Source of the DNA: Candidatus Latescibacterota bacterium
Lineage (GTDB): Bacteria > Latescibacterota > UBA2968 > UBA8231
DNA: 64,000 nucleotides
NCBI GenBank assembly: GCA_963422735.1
Contig: OY730476.1
Location: 3,104,001-3,168,000 of the forward strand
Direction: 5' to 3'
The translations under genes and the position numbers were made by a program. How positions within the stretch are numbered: position 1 is the first letter of the stretch; each line of letters starts with the position of its first letter. This document shows, piece by piece, positions 1 to 8,844 of the stretch. The notes below the pieces were generated by a model, which ran no database searches, was not told the origin of the DNA, and saw nothing but the letters and a program-made list of their open reading frames with translations.

Positions 1-2
1 GG

Positions 3-782
3 GACGGCCCTTTCCTCTGCATCTCCGGTTTCTATTCGCCGCACGATCCTTGGGTGGCTCCACAGGAGTTCCTCGATCTCTACGATCCAGCTACTCTGAC
101 GTTGCCGTCCTTCCCGCAGACCCTCGACGCCCGCCGAGGCCCGCAGCACTTTTCCGACGATGAACTGCGCTCCGCGCGCCACGGCTATTACGCCATGGTA
201 TCCGAGGTCGATCACCACGTCGGCCGCATTCTCGACCGGCTCGACGCCCTCGGCATTGCGGACAATACCATCGTCGTTTTCACGTCCGACCACGGCGAGT
301 GGCTCGGCGAACATCTGCGCTACGGCAAGGGCTACCCCGGTCACGACGCGGTCACGCGCGTCCCCCTGCTGATGCGCTGGCCCGCCGGAGTAAATGCTGG
401 TGGGCATTGCTCCCGCATCGTCGAGGCATTAGACGTGGTGCCGACGCTGCTGCAAGCCGCCGCAATTCAGCAGCCGACTGCATTGCAAGGCAGCTCCCTG
501 CTGGCCGACTTGCGCGGCGAGGAAGGCGACGCCCCCGGCTGCGCCATTGCGGAAATGACCCAGCCCGGGCGACGCTGGAAAACGCTGCGCGTGGAGGGTT
601 TGCGCTACGTGGTGGATGCAGGAGGAGCGGAGGCACTCTTCGACTTGGAGCGCGACCCGATGGCCTACCGGGACATGGCGGGCGAGAGCGTGTACGCCAC
701 TCGGTTGCAAGCGGTCCGCAAGCGGTTGCTGGAGCGGCTGCTAGAGCGCGAGCGGCCGCTGCCACGGCAGTGGACGTACTGA
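3..782 (+). CDS. Sulfatase family protein, C-terminal part (5' truncated by window edge)
   Basis: Frame open from position 3 (DGPFLCISGFYSPHDPW...). Sulfatase motifs YYAMVSEVDHHVGRIL, NTIVVFTSDHG, RVPLLMRWP, LFDLERDP. Confidence 0.85.
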   Translation, partial: DGPFLCISGFYSPHDPWVAPQEFLDLYDPATLTLPSFPQTLDARRGPQHFSDDELRSARHGYYAMVSEVDHHVGRILDRLDALGIADNTIVVFTSDHGEWLGEHLRYGKGYPGHDAVTRVPLLMRWPAGVNAGGHCSRIVEALDVVPTLLQAAAIQQPTALQGSSLLADLRGEEGDAPGCAIAEMTQPGRRWKTLRVEGLRYVVDAGGAEALFDLERDPMAYRDMAGESVYATRLQAVRKRLLERLLERERPLPRQWTY

Positions 783-863
783 GCCAACGGAACCAGAAAT
801 CCTGCGGTAACAGCTCATGCAAGCCGAGCAGATTCGGATAAAAATTTTCGCGTCTTCAAAGAC

Positions 864-1304
864 GTGGAGATGTGCAACACACCTCGTCTCGCCATGTGCG
901 ATCAAGACGCCGCTGACTGTTTGGCCGTCAAGTCGGAGCTTGCAAAAAAATGCCGAGACGCTGACGCTGGGAAACCCGAAACCGTTGCCAGAATAGTGTG
1001 TCGCGAGCTAGAGAGTTGGTATTCTGGGGATCTGGCCGCGTTTGAGAGTGGCCTCGGCACTTAGGGGCTGGTTCGCCGTTACGGGAACGCGAGCAAACAC
1101 AGGGTTCCCGATAGAATCCACTATCCGGCTATCGAATTGAGGAAGATCACCCGTAACGCCTATCAGAAGGTGTCGGGATCAAGGTCTATCGGTTCGATGA
1201 TGTCGCTGGGCTCGAACAAGTCTCATAGCTTCCGGGTGTTTATCGGAGGCGTTCAACAGGCAATTAGGGGTGCGATAGAGCCTAATCCATCTTATCCGGA
1301 ATAG
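864..1304 (+). pseudogene. DUF4276/RloB-like protein remnant with in-frame TAG
   Basis: DQDAADC...RIVCRELESWY.GDL, then TAG at 1062-1064. The same frame continues ...PDRIHYPAIELRKITRNAYQKVSGSRSIG...NKSHSFRVF, typical of the DUF4276 C-terminus. N-terminus eroded. Confidence 0.65.
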
Positions 1305-1385
1305 CTACTTTTGCCGCATCTTCAGTTTTAATTCTTACTGCGACAAGGCCCATCTGAAGCCAACCAAAACGAGGCCGCTGTCTGC

Positions 1386-2543
1386 CTATTCGCCGAGTTT
1401 AACGATCAGGTCCTTGCCGAACTCAATCCCGGCGACTCGGCAAGCCATCTTAATTTGCTCCCTTTTCTGTGACGTAGAGCTGTTTGTCCCTAGCCACCAC
1501 CCGCCGGATAGGGAAGCGGCCTGTGTCTCGGCTAGCTTGGGAGCGTTGGGGTAGAGCGAATCCCTGTCGCGTGCAAGGTACTGCCTCGAATGCCCCTTCA
1601 AACGTGGTTCCAGCTCCTCGTAGAACCGGGCATCCGTTTGTAAAAGCCGCTCGAAGACGCCCACCAACAATTCCTTGCCATTGCTGAACTGTTCCGTTTG
1701 CCCGCGGAAGATAAACGAATACTCTTTCCCCAGTCGTCCCTTGGGGGGTTCGGAAATTGCTTGGGAACGCTCCAGTGTTGGTTCGGCAGGAACCTCAGAG
1801 GCCGCCCTCATCTTCTGAGAATGCCTTGGCGGGGACGCGGTGGGGGTTTGGATATGGACAGCCTCCGCCTTGAAATCTTGACTCCAAATAAACTCCTCCA
1901 CGCGGCGAAGCTCCGGTCGCACACCGCTGATCCGTTCCACTTCCCTGCAGAACCAGTCCTTGAGGACCTCGGGCGGCTCGCGGAGAAATTCGGCCCACAC
2001 CGCCTCGAAGTTCGCAGCCGCTTCGCTCTGCTGTCGAAAAGCGTAGTAGTCGTCATGGGCGCGTCGGTGCGCCTCCCCGGACCGCACGGCCTCAAAGGCG
2101 AGATAGCGGCTTATTCTCTCGGCACTTTCAGCCGTGTCGCCATCAACCAAGTCCACCGCGGCAAAGCGCCGCTCTTGGTAGCTACCCTGTCCTGCTGGAA
2201 AGAAGAACCCCCAAGAACGCCCATCAGTCAGCACAGCGAGCGGAACTCCCTGCCGAAAGCAGTAATCAAAGAGTTGCTCTTCGCCTTTTGCGTTTGCCTT
2301 GCCGACATCTTTGACCTCAACCAAGACGGACGGCTTGTCGGGCGGATGACAGAGTGCGTAATCGACTTTGCGTCTCTTGATGGGAAACTCGGGAATCACC
2401 ACTTTAGGGTCCCAGACGTTCCAACCCAGTGTATTCAGGAGACGCATTACCACGCTGCGAGAGATTTGAGCTTCGTTGGCAAAGTCTCCCCGCGTCAAAC
2501 TGTCGCGAATTTCCTCGATTTGAAGGGTCAGACTTTCTGCCAT
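1386..2543 (-). CDS. PD-(D/E)xK endonuclease (HsdR N-terminal-like) fused to a SeqA C-terminal-like domain
   Basis: N-half NEAQ..., PEF...VDYAL...LVEVK, AVLTDGRSW is HSDR_N-like. After a low-complexity linker, the C-terminus LLQTDARFYEELEPRLKGHSRQYLARDRDSL...WWLGTNSSTSQK resembles SeqA-C. Confidence 0.8.
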   Translation of the reverse strand: MAESLTLQIEEIRDSLTRGDFANEAQISRSVVMRLLNTLGWNVWDPKVVIPEFPIKRRKVDYALCHPPDKPSVLVEVKDVGKANAKGEEQLFDYCFRQGVPLAVLTDGRSWGFFFPAGQGSYQERRFAAVDLVDGDTAESAERISRYLAFEAVRSGEAHRRAHDDYYAFRQQSEAAANFEAVWAEFLREPPEVLKDWFCREVERISGVRPELRRVEEFIWSQDFKAEAVHIQTPTASPPRHSQKMRAASEVPAEPTLERSQAISEPPKGRLGKEYSFIFRGQTEQFSNGKELLVGVFERLLQTDARFYEELEPRLKGHSRQYLARDRDSLYPNAPKLAETQAASLSGGWWLGTNSSTSQKREQIKMACRVAGIEFGKDLIVKLGE

Positions 2544-2744
2544 GGTGTCTCCTCTTCAATCGAAAAACGTTCGGATTGCCCAGCCTTCGGACCGCATGGG
2601 AATAGATTATTGTAAATCTAGTCTCAAAGTCTAGCAATTTCCCCTCCCCTTAGTAGTAGCCGCAAAAGCGCGGGAATAAATCGCGGCGATGGGATGTCTA
2701 ATTTGTCGTAGAGTCCCTTAAAACTTTTACAGGAGAACCGTGAG

Positions 2745-3176
2745 ATGTGCATTCGCAAGGTGGCTTTGTGGATTGTCGCTATTTGTCTATTGAGCACCGC
2801 GGTGCTCGAAGCCCAGCCAGGGGGCAGGCGTGGTGGCATGAGCGGCCCGGAGCAGATTTTTGGCCTATTGGCCTTTGACGAGAAGTTCAAAGTAACCGAC
2901 AAACAGCTACCCGCGCTGCGGGAGGCGCTTAAGCCGCTATACGTTGAGCAACGGCAGATGATGGCGGAAATGTTCAGCGGCGAGGTCGATTTTCGGGCTA
3001 TGCGCCAGAAAATGCGCGAGCAGCAGACCAAGATGCGCGATAAGATTATGGCCGCGCTCGCCACAGCGTTAGACGACGAGCAGATCGAAGCCCTAAAAGC
3101 GCACCTGCAGCAGGAGCAGCGCCAGCGCGGTGGGCCGCGCGGGGGTGGAGACGGTCCGCGTGGTGGCGGGTTTTAG
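2745..3176 (+). CDS. Secreted helical protein, Spy/CpxP-like
   Basis: Signal peptide ending LEA-Q, Met/Gln/Arg-rich helices, LDDEQ motif and Gly-Arg-rich termini. RBS aggag upstream. Confidence 0.6.
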   Translation: MCIRKVALWIVAICLLSTAVLEAQPGGRRGGMSGPEQIFGLLAFDEKFKVTDKQLPALREALKPLYVEQRQMMAEMFSGEVDFRAMRQKMREQQTKMRDKIMAALATALDDEQIEALKAHLQQEQRQRGGPRGGGDGPRGGGF

Positions 3177-3278
3177 AATAGCGGTGCTGCCCGCGATTAT
3201 TGTTTTGTAAGAGCGAAACGAGGGTCCAACCTCAACCCGCCCCTCCACGTCTGGTTTGTCGCGCTCTTTTATCAACTA

Positions 3279-4033
3279 TCAACGCAACAACAACATTTTT
3301 CGCATTTTCCGCGTCTCCACCGGCGTCCCGATCCGCAGGCGGTACAGATACATGCCGCTGGCTAGTATGCCCCCCGCGTCGTTGCGGCCGTCCCAAGTTA
3401 GCCGATAGCGTCCTGCGGCCCGGATGCCTCGGACTAAGATGGCGACCTGCTGGCCGGCGATAGTGTACACGCTATCGGATCTAAGGGAGAATTGAAGGGC
3501 ATGTAGAAGCGGTTGCCGTAGTTGCCGTAGTAGATACTGCGCTCGTTGGCTCCGGCCTGCATCCCAAAATCTATCAGGCCTTGGGCGATGTAGTTGCCCA
3601 AGGCCGCGCACGGGGTTGCCGTCGGTGTAGTCTGTGGAGTGAAAGGTCGCACTATACCCCAACTCGCTTATGAGCCGGTTGATTTGGGAGAATGACAGTA
3701 TCCAGCCCGGCGAAAGGCGAAAGCGGAATCTCAGGAGGCGAGAGGCCGCATAGCTCATGGCTTCGCGTTGGGCAGCCTCCACGTCGTCGGGGCGGGGTAC
3801 GCCGGAAAAAGAGCAGGTGAAGCTGCCTACTGTTTTGTCCAGCAAGTAAGTCTGCTCGGGTCCGTCGCTGTACACCGCCCAAGCGTCGTATAGGGCTATG
3901 CTGGTGAGGTTGCGGGCGCGAGCGAAGTCGTCGTGGATGGACGCTAAGAGGACCTCGTTCCACTGGCGTGCCACCGAGCCGGAACAGCCGACAGGGCGAA
4001 GAGCACCCAAGCGATCAACTTTGTCCGTAGCAT
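3279..4033 (-). pseudogene. Degraded secreted vanadium-haloperoxidase-like protein with FlgD/T9SS-like C-terminal domain
   Basis: Signal peptide MLRTKLIAWVLFALSA followed by a frameshift. SVARQWNEVLL..DDFAR-ARNL-TSIALYDAWA and EAMSYAA match the family N-terminus with micro-deletions. The sequence then jumps to WDGRNDAG..ASGMYLYRL (FlgD). The catalytic core is absent. Confidence 0.6.
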
Positions 4034-4079
4034 GATCGGGTCCTCTTTTTTAGACCGAGCTACCCTTAGGGATTGACGC

Positions 4080-4637
4080 TCACATCTTTTTCACGGCGTC
4101 TCCAACCCGTATCGTGCCCGGGCGAATCACCTTGGCGTTGACGCCGCGTAGCTGAAGCTGTTTGCCAACCGGAGAATTGATAAATTTCAGGGCGTCTAGC
4201 CCAAAGCGGGCGGCAAATTTTTTGCAACCAGTGTGGGGTGGCTCCGTGATTTGGATCACAGCCGAGCCTAGGGACAGCCGAGTTCCGGGGGGCACGTTGT
4301 CCACGCTTAGGTCGAAGTCGATGTATAGCTGATCCCCTGCTAGGGGCCAATGCTGCTTCTCTTGGGCCACTAGGGCCATCAAACGGGTGTTTGTCACCGT
4401 AAGTTGCATGTCTGGGTGCGCCGACCCATCTGCGGTTCTCGAGCTGCCGCGCCGTTTCCAATTGTCGCCCACCAGCCCCTCCACTAGATCGAGTTCCCCC
4501 ACGTCTAGGACTTCCCGCGTCTCCGTCTGCGGCCGCCGCACGATCAACTCCAATACGCCGATGGCTTTGGGCGACTGGCGAATGTCGTATAGTCCTGCGG
4601 TTAGCACTTCCATGGATAGCTGTTGCATCTCGGACAA
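4080..4637 (-). CDS. MOSC domain protein
   Basis: GLVGDNW, PLAGDQL, PHTGCKKF and RGVNAKVIRPGTIRVGD motifs. Confidence 0.85.
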   Translation of the reverse strand: MSEMQQLSMEVLTAGLYDIRQSPKAIGVLELIVRRPQTETREVLDVGELDLVEGLVGDNWKRRGSSRTADGSAHPDMQLTVTNTRLMALVAQEKQHWPLAGDQLYIDFDLSVDNVPPGTRLSLGSAVIQITEPPHTGCKKFAARFGLDALKFINSPVGKQLQLRGVNAKVIRPGTIRVGDAVKKM

Positions 4638-4675
4638 GATCGACCTCCTGAATGTTTTGTCTCTGTAGGCATTTT

Positions 4676-5821
4676 TTATCGCGGCACTTCGTAGGATCCT
4701 TCAATCCCGCTGGACGAGAAGAGCACTTGCCAAAGCTGGTTCGCCCGGGCGCGGAAGGAGCCAGCGGAGGCCAGTAAGTAGAACGTCCACATCCGGTAGA
4801 AGCGCTCGTCGTAATGGGCCTTGAGTTCGCTCCAAGCCGCGTTGAAGTTGGCATACCAAGCCATCAGCGTCCGGTCGTAATGCGGGCCGAAGGTGTGCCA
4901 GTCCTCTAAGACGAAGTGCCCCCCGGCGGCCGTGGTAATCTGCTTGGCTGAAGGCAGCATGGAGTTGGGGAAGATGTAGCGCTCAATCCAAGGATCGCTG
5001 TTAGCCGCCGAGCTGTTGCGACCGATGGTGTGCAATAAAAAACGCCCGTCTGGGGCTAGGCAGCGTTTGACCGTTTGCATGAAGGTTGAGTAGTTCTTGA
5101 CGCCCACGTGCTCGAACATGCCGATCGACAGGACGCGGTCAAAGCGCTCGTCTAAGGATCGGTAGTCCTGCAAGCGAATCTCCACTGGCAGCCCGCGGCA
5201 CATCTCCTCAGCCAGTTTTGCCTGCTCCTTGGAGACGGTCACGCCCACTCCGTTGACTCCGTAGTGCTGGACCGCAAACCGCAGGGTGCCTCCCCAGCCG
5301 CAGCCGATGTCGAGTAGGCTCATCCCCGGCTCCAGCCCCAGCTTGCGGCAGCACAAGTCGAGCTTGGCTTCTTGCGCCTCGTCTAAATTGGCTGCATTCC
5401 GCCAGTATCCGCAGCTATAGATCATGCGCTGGTCGAGCATAGCTCGGTACAGGTCGTTCCCTATATCGTAGTGGCGCTGGCCGACTTGGAAGGAGCGGGC
5501 GGGCGTTTGCAGGTTGAGCAGCCGTGCCCTCAGATAGGGCAGAAGCAGGTGCCGCCCGCGCAACTTCAGACCCAGCCGGGTGCGCAAGATCCGCGCACAA
5601 AGTTCGTCTAGCTGCGGGCAGTCCCACCACCCATCCATGTACGACTCGCCCGCGCCCAGCGATCCGTGGCCCAGCACATGCGCGAAAAAGCGGTCGTCGT
5701 GGACTTCTATATCATAGGGCCGATCTCCGCCGATGCGCACATCGGCCTCCTCCAGCAATGCTTCTATGTGTCGCCAATTCTGGCGACGGACAGCACTGCG
5801 GCGATAGGCATTCTGATTCAT
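4676..5821 (-). CDS. cfa: Cyclopropane fatty acyl phospholipid synthase
   Basis: HYDIGNDLY, YSCGYW, LDIGCGWG, SIGMFEHVG, YIFPNSMLPS, RFYRMW. Confidence 0.95.
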   Translation of the reverse strand: MNQNAYRRSAVRRQNWRHIEALLEEADVRIGGDRPYDIEVHDDRFFAHVLGHGSLGAGESYMDGWWDCPQLDELCARILRTRLGLKLRGRHLLLPYLRARLLNLQTPARSFQVGQRHYDIGNDLYRAMLDQRMIYSCGYWRNAANLDEAQEAKLDLCCRKLGLEPGMSLLDIGCGWGGTLRFAVQHYGVNGVGVTVSKEQAKLAEEMCRGLPVEIRLQDYRSLDERFDRVLSIGMFEHVGVKNYSTFMQTVKRCLAPDGRFLLHTIGRNSSAANSDPWIERYIFPNSMLPSAKQITTAAGGHFVLEDWHTFGPHYDRTLMAWYANFNAAWSELKAHYDERFYRMWTFYLLASAGSFRARANQLWQVLFSSSGIEGSYEVPR

Positions 5822-6034
5822 GGTAGCTTCTTCTCGGCGTTGTCTGTTTTTGAGAATTGGCAGGGCATATTATGCGTAACGAGTATGCCGCAAACAACCC
5901 CGTGCCAACGAGCAAGCGACCGAGATGCTAGTGACCCTCGCGCTTGACAGTTCGCCGCGTCCCGCTGCAATTTTCGGCGCGGTGAGCGTGGGAGGCGCGA
6001 ACCATCACTTTGTTAAAAAATAAAGGCTAGGTCT

Positions 6035-7705
6035 ATGGCTACGGAGCGCTTCACCTCGACGTTAAGTCGAGACAAACCGAATTTTCTGTGGATTTCATTT
6101 GAGGATACCAATCCCCGGTACGGGTGCTACGGCGATTCGGTGGCGCGTACGCCCACGTTGGATCGCCTCGCCGCGCAAGGGTGCCGCTGGACGCGCTGCT
6201 TCTCCACGGCCGGCGTCTGCGCCCCGGCCCGGTCGGCCATCATCACCGGCATGTACTCGATCTCCATCGGCACTCACCATATGCGCACGACTCACGCCAA
6301 CCGTGCCACTCCAGAGATGCCCACGCCGTATTCAGCCGTTGTGCCACACTACGTAAAGTGCTTCACAGAATACCTGCGGGCGGCAGGGTATTACTGCACT
6401 AACAACGCTAAGACCGACTACCAGTTTGAACCCCCTCAGACCGCTTGGGACGCGCTCGGCCCGCACGCCCACTGGCGCGACCGTCCCGACCCGGACCAGC
6501 CGTTTTTCGCAGTCTTCAACCCCACGCGCACCCACGAAAGCGGCATGTTCACGCCAGCTTCACCCTGCCTTCAGGCAGGACAAGGCGCGGTGAAGCGGCC
6601 CGAGAAGTGCCCTGAGCCGGAGTTCGACCCGGATGCCATCCCTCTACCGCCCTATTTCCCCGATACCCCCTTAGTACGCCAAGCCATGGTGCGGATGTAC
6701 ACGCATATTTCGCATAGCGATCAAGAGCTTGCCCAGCTCCTGCAACAACTCGACGAAGACGGTTTGTCCAAGAATACGTACGTCTTTCACTGGAGCGATC
6801 ACGGCCCGCTGCCGCGCGGCAAGCGCTGGCCGTACGACGCGGGCATTCACGTGCCCCTGATCGTCTGCGGCCCAGACGTGGAAGCGGGGCGAGTATGCGA
6901 GGACTTGGTAAGCACCGTCGATCTAGGTCCTACGGTACTCTCGCTCGCGGGGATTGAAGTGCCCGCCCACATGCAAGGCCGTGCGTTTTTGGGCCGCCAA
7001 GCTCAACCGCCGAGGGAGTACATATACGCGAGCCGCGACCGGCATGACGAGGCGTACGACATGGTGCGGGCCGTGCGCGACCGCCGCTTTAAGTACATCC
7101 GCAACTATCGGCCAGATCTTCCCTACTTGGCGTGGATCCCCTATCGCAATCGGCACCCCATTGTGCAGGAAATGTGGCGCTTGCACTTGGCCGACGAACT
7201 GGACGAGACGCAGGCGGTCATGTTCCAGTACCCGAGGCCGGTCGAAGAGCTATACGACACCGAAGCCGATCCGCACGAGATCAACAACTTGGCGGCCAGT
7301 CCCCAGTACCAGCCAGAGCGGGATCGCCTGCGCGGAGCCTTGGACGAATGGCTGCGAGAAGTAGGCGACATGGGCCGAATGGCGGAAAGCGACATGGTGC
7401 GGCAGTGGTATCCCAATGGCCAACAGCCGCAGACCGCCCCGCCGGTGTGTGTGCCCATTTGCGCCGATAGCCTTGGGATTGAGCCAGCGCTGAAAGGCGG
7501 TACATTTCGGGGGCCGCTACTAGTGCAACTCCACTGTGCCACGCAGGGTGCTTCTATGGCGTATGCCATGGACGACCAGCCGCACTGGCACCTCTACACC
7601 GAGCCGTTGCCCATGGAAGTTGGGACGACCTCCTTGCGGGCCAAGGCGATCCGCATTGGATACCGGGAGAGCCAAGAGACCCATGCGACCTTTGTCGTAG
7701 AGTGA
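6035..7705 (+). CDS. Formylglycine-type sulfatase with C-terminal FN3-associated/chitobiase-like domain
   Basis: PNFLWISFED, CAPARSAIITG (CxPxR), WSDHG, EELYDTEADPHE. C-terminal CATQGASMAY...RAKAIRIGY. Carries a 16-codon insertion (see findings). Confidence 0.9.
   Translation: MATERFTSTLSRDKPNFLWISFEDTNPRYGCYGDSVARTPTLDRLAAQGCRWTRCFSTAGVCAPARSAIITGMYSISIGTHHMRTTHANRATPEMPTPYSAVVPHYVKCFTEYLRAAGYYCTNNAKTDYQFEPPQTAWDALGPHAHWRDRPDPDQPFFAVFNPTRTHESGMFTPASPCLQAGQGAVKRPEKCPEPEFDPDAIPLPPYFPDTPLVRQAMVRMYTHISHSDQELAQLLQQLDEDGLSKNTYVFHWSDHGPLPRGKRWPYDAGIHVPLIVCGPDVEAGRVCEDLVSTVDLGPTVLSLAGIEVPAHMQGRAFLGRQAQPPREYIYASRDRHDEAYDMVRAVRDRRFKYIRNYRPDLPYLAWIPYRNRHPIVQEMWRLHLADELDETQAVMFQYPRPVEELYDTEADPHEINNLAASPQYQPERDRLRGALDEWLREVGDMGRMAESDMVRQWYPNGQQPQTAPPVCVPICADSLGIEPALKGGTFRGPLLVQLHCATQGASMAYAMDDQPHWHLYTEPLPMEVGTTSLRAKAIRIGYRESQETHATFVVE
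6549..6596 (+). repeat. ~48-bp palindromic element inserted in-frame in the sulfatase (copy 1)
   Basis: Outer inverted repeat gcttcacc...ggtgaagc and inner hairpin cctgcc-ttca-ggcagg. Near-identical reverse-complement copy at ~7911-7955. Confidence 0.8.
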
Positions 7706-7720
7706 GATCTGGGCAGACCT

Positions 7721-7900
7721 ATGACGAGACGATTCCAAGCCAACGTGTTGGAGCGGTTAGTCGCCAACATTTTTGAGGCCCACGGCACCCCGTTCCAAGA
7801 AGCGCAGACCGTAGCTCGCCTGTTGGTGCAGGCCGATCTCATGGGCCTACCTTCGCCTGTGTCCGGGGCTGTTGGGTCGCCGCCGAGCCGACCGCTATGA
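7721..7900 (+). pseudogene. N-terminal fragment of Ldh_2 (type 2 malate/lactate dehydrogenase-like) gene
   Basis: MTRRFQANVLERLVANIFEAHGTPFQEAQTVARLLVQADLMGLPS breaks off at the family's ADLxGxxSHG motif. Confidence 0.55.
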
Positions 7901-7910
7901 ACAGCGGTGA

Positions 7911-7955
7911 TTCACCGCGCCTTGTCCTGCCTAAAGGCAGGGCGAAGAGGCGCGA
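7911..7955 (-). repeat. Palindromic element copy 2 (intergenic)
   Basis: Reverse complement ccctgcctttaggcaggacaaggcgcggtgaa matches 6563-6594 at 31 of 32 positions. Confidence 0.8.
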
Positions 7956-8023
7956 CATAGTGAGCGACAGGTTTTGCTGTCGCGATGATTTTTAGTACCG
8001 GCAATTTTGAGAAAGGAACCCCC

Positions 8024-8767
8024 ATGAAAACAGTGGTCTTCGGTGCCGCCGGTTGGTTGGGCCGCGCCGTCTTGCAAAACTTGGCTGGCAAACACGACAT
8101 CCGCGCCTTTGACTACGGCTCCCAAGCTTGGGAGGATTTGCGCGACCTAGATGGCGACTGGAACGACGGCGAAGTGATCCACGGTGATATAGTTGATTAC
8201 CACGCGGTGGAGCGAGCCATCAGCGGCGTAGATTGCGTCATTCACACGGCGGTTTACTTCGCCGGCGATCCCAACGACGACAAGCCCTTCCTAATCAACC
8301 TCAAGGGTTTGTGGAACGTCCTGCAAGTGGCCCAAGAGCAGGGCGTCCGCAAGGCAGTACACATCGGCTCGTGCCAGACCGTGCATCCCGAGGGCATTTT
8401 CTTTTCCTCGGAGGTGCGGCGTCCCGATGGCAGCCTATATGCGGTATGTAAGCGGCTACAGGAGGAAATGTGCCGCCAGTTCCACGAAGCCTTTGGGCTG
8501 CCCATCGTGGTCTTGCGGCCCGACTATATCGTGGATTCGCGCTTGGGGATCGGCAAATACCGAGAACCACTGCAGAACATCCGCAACGGCTTGGTCTGCC
8601 GCCACGATTTGGCCGAAGCCTGCCGACTGGCCTTAGAAAGGGACGAAGTGGAGTTTGACGTATTGCACGTGGTCGGTATGCCCGAAGCCGACGCCACCTG
8701 CAATACGGCGCGGGGCCGGGAAGTGCTGGGCTTGGAGTACAAGGGGAATTTGGACCAGTACCGCTAA
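8024..8767 (+). CDS. NAD-dependent epimerase/dehydratase (uronate dehydrogenase-like)
   Basis: VVFGAAGWLG Rossmann motif and YAVCK (YxxxK). RBS aaagga before ATG 8024. Confidence 0.85.
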   Translation: MKTVVFGAAGWLGRAVLQNLAGKHDIRAFDYGSQAWEDLRDLDGDWNDGEVIHGDIVDYHAVERAISGVDCVIHTAVYFAGDPNDDKPFLINLKGLWNVLQVAQEQGVRKAVHIGSCQTVHPEGIFFSSEVRRPDGSLYAVCKRLQEEMCRQFHEAFGLPIVVLRPDYIVDSRLGIGKYREPLQNIRNGLVCRHDLAEACRLALERDEVEFDVLHVVGMPEADATCNTARGREVLGLEYKGNLDQYR

Positions 8768-8844
8768 GTTTGCAGAGGTCCCTAACGACCCCGTTGACAC
8801 TGTTTAACGCCAATTTAAGATCTTGATTATAAAGAGAGGAGCGC

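Noticed and set aside
1698-2615. 305-aa ORF antisense to the nuclease gene, and similar long shadow ORFs (8301-9323, 54566-55465, 56964-58238, 61436-62152)
   Set aside because: No recognisable motifs, and they overlap well-supported genes. Long shadow frames are expected in GC-rich DNA.
5944-8821. TTGACA boxes at 5944 and 8794 as promoters
   Set aside because: The -10 matches are weak with 16-bp spacing, so they are not supportable from sequence alone.
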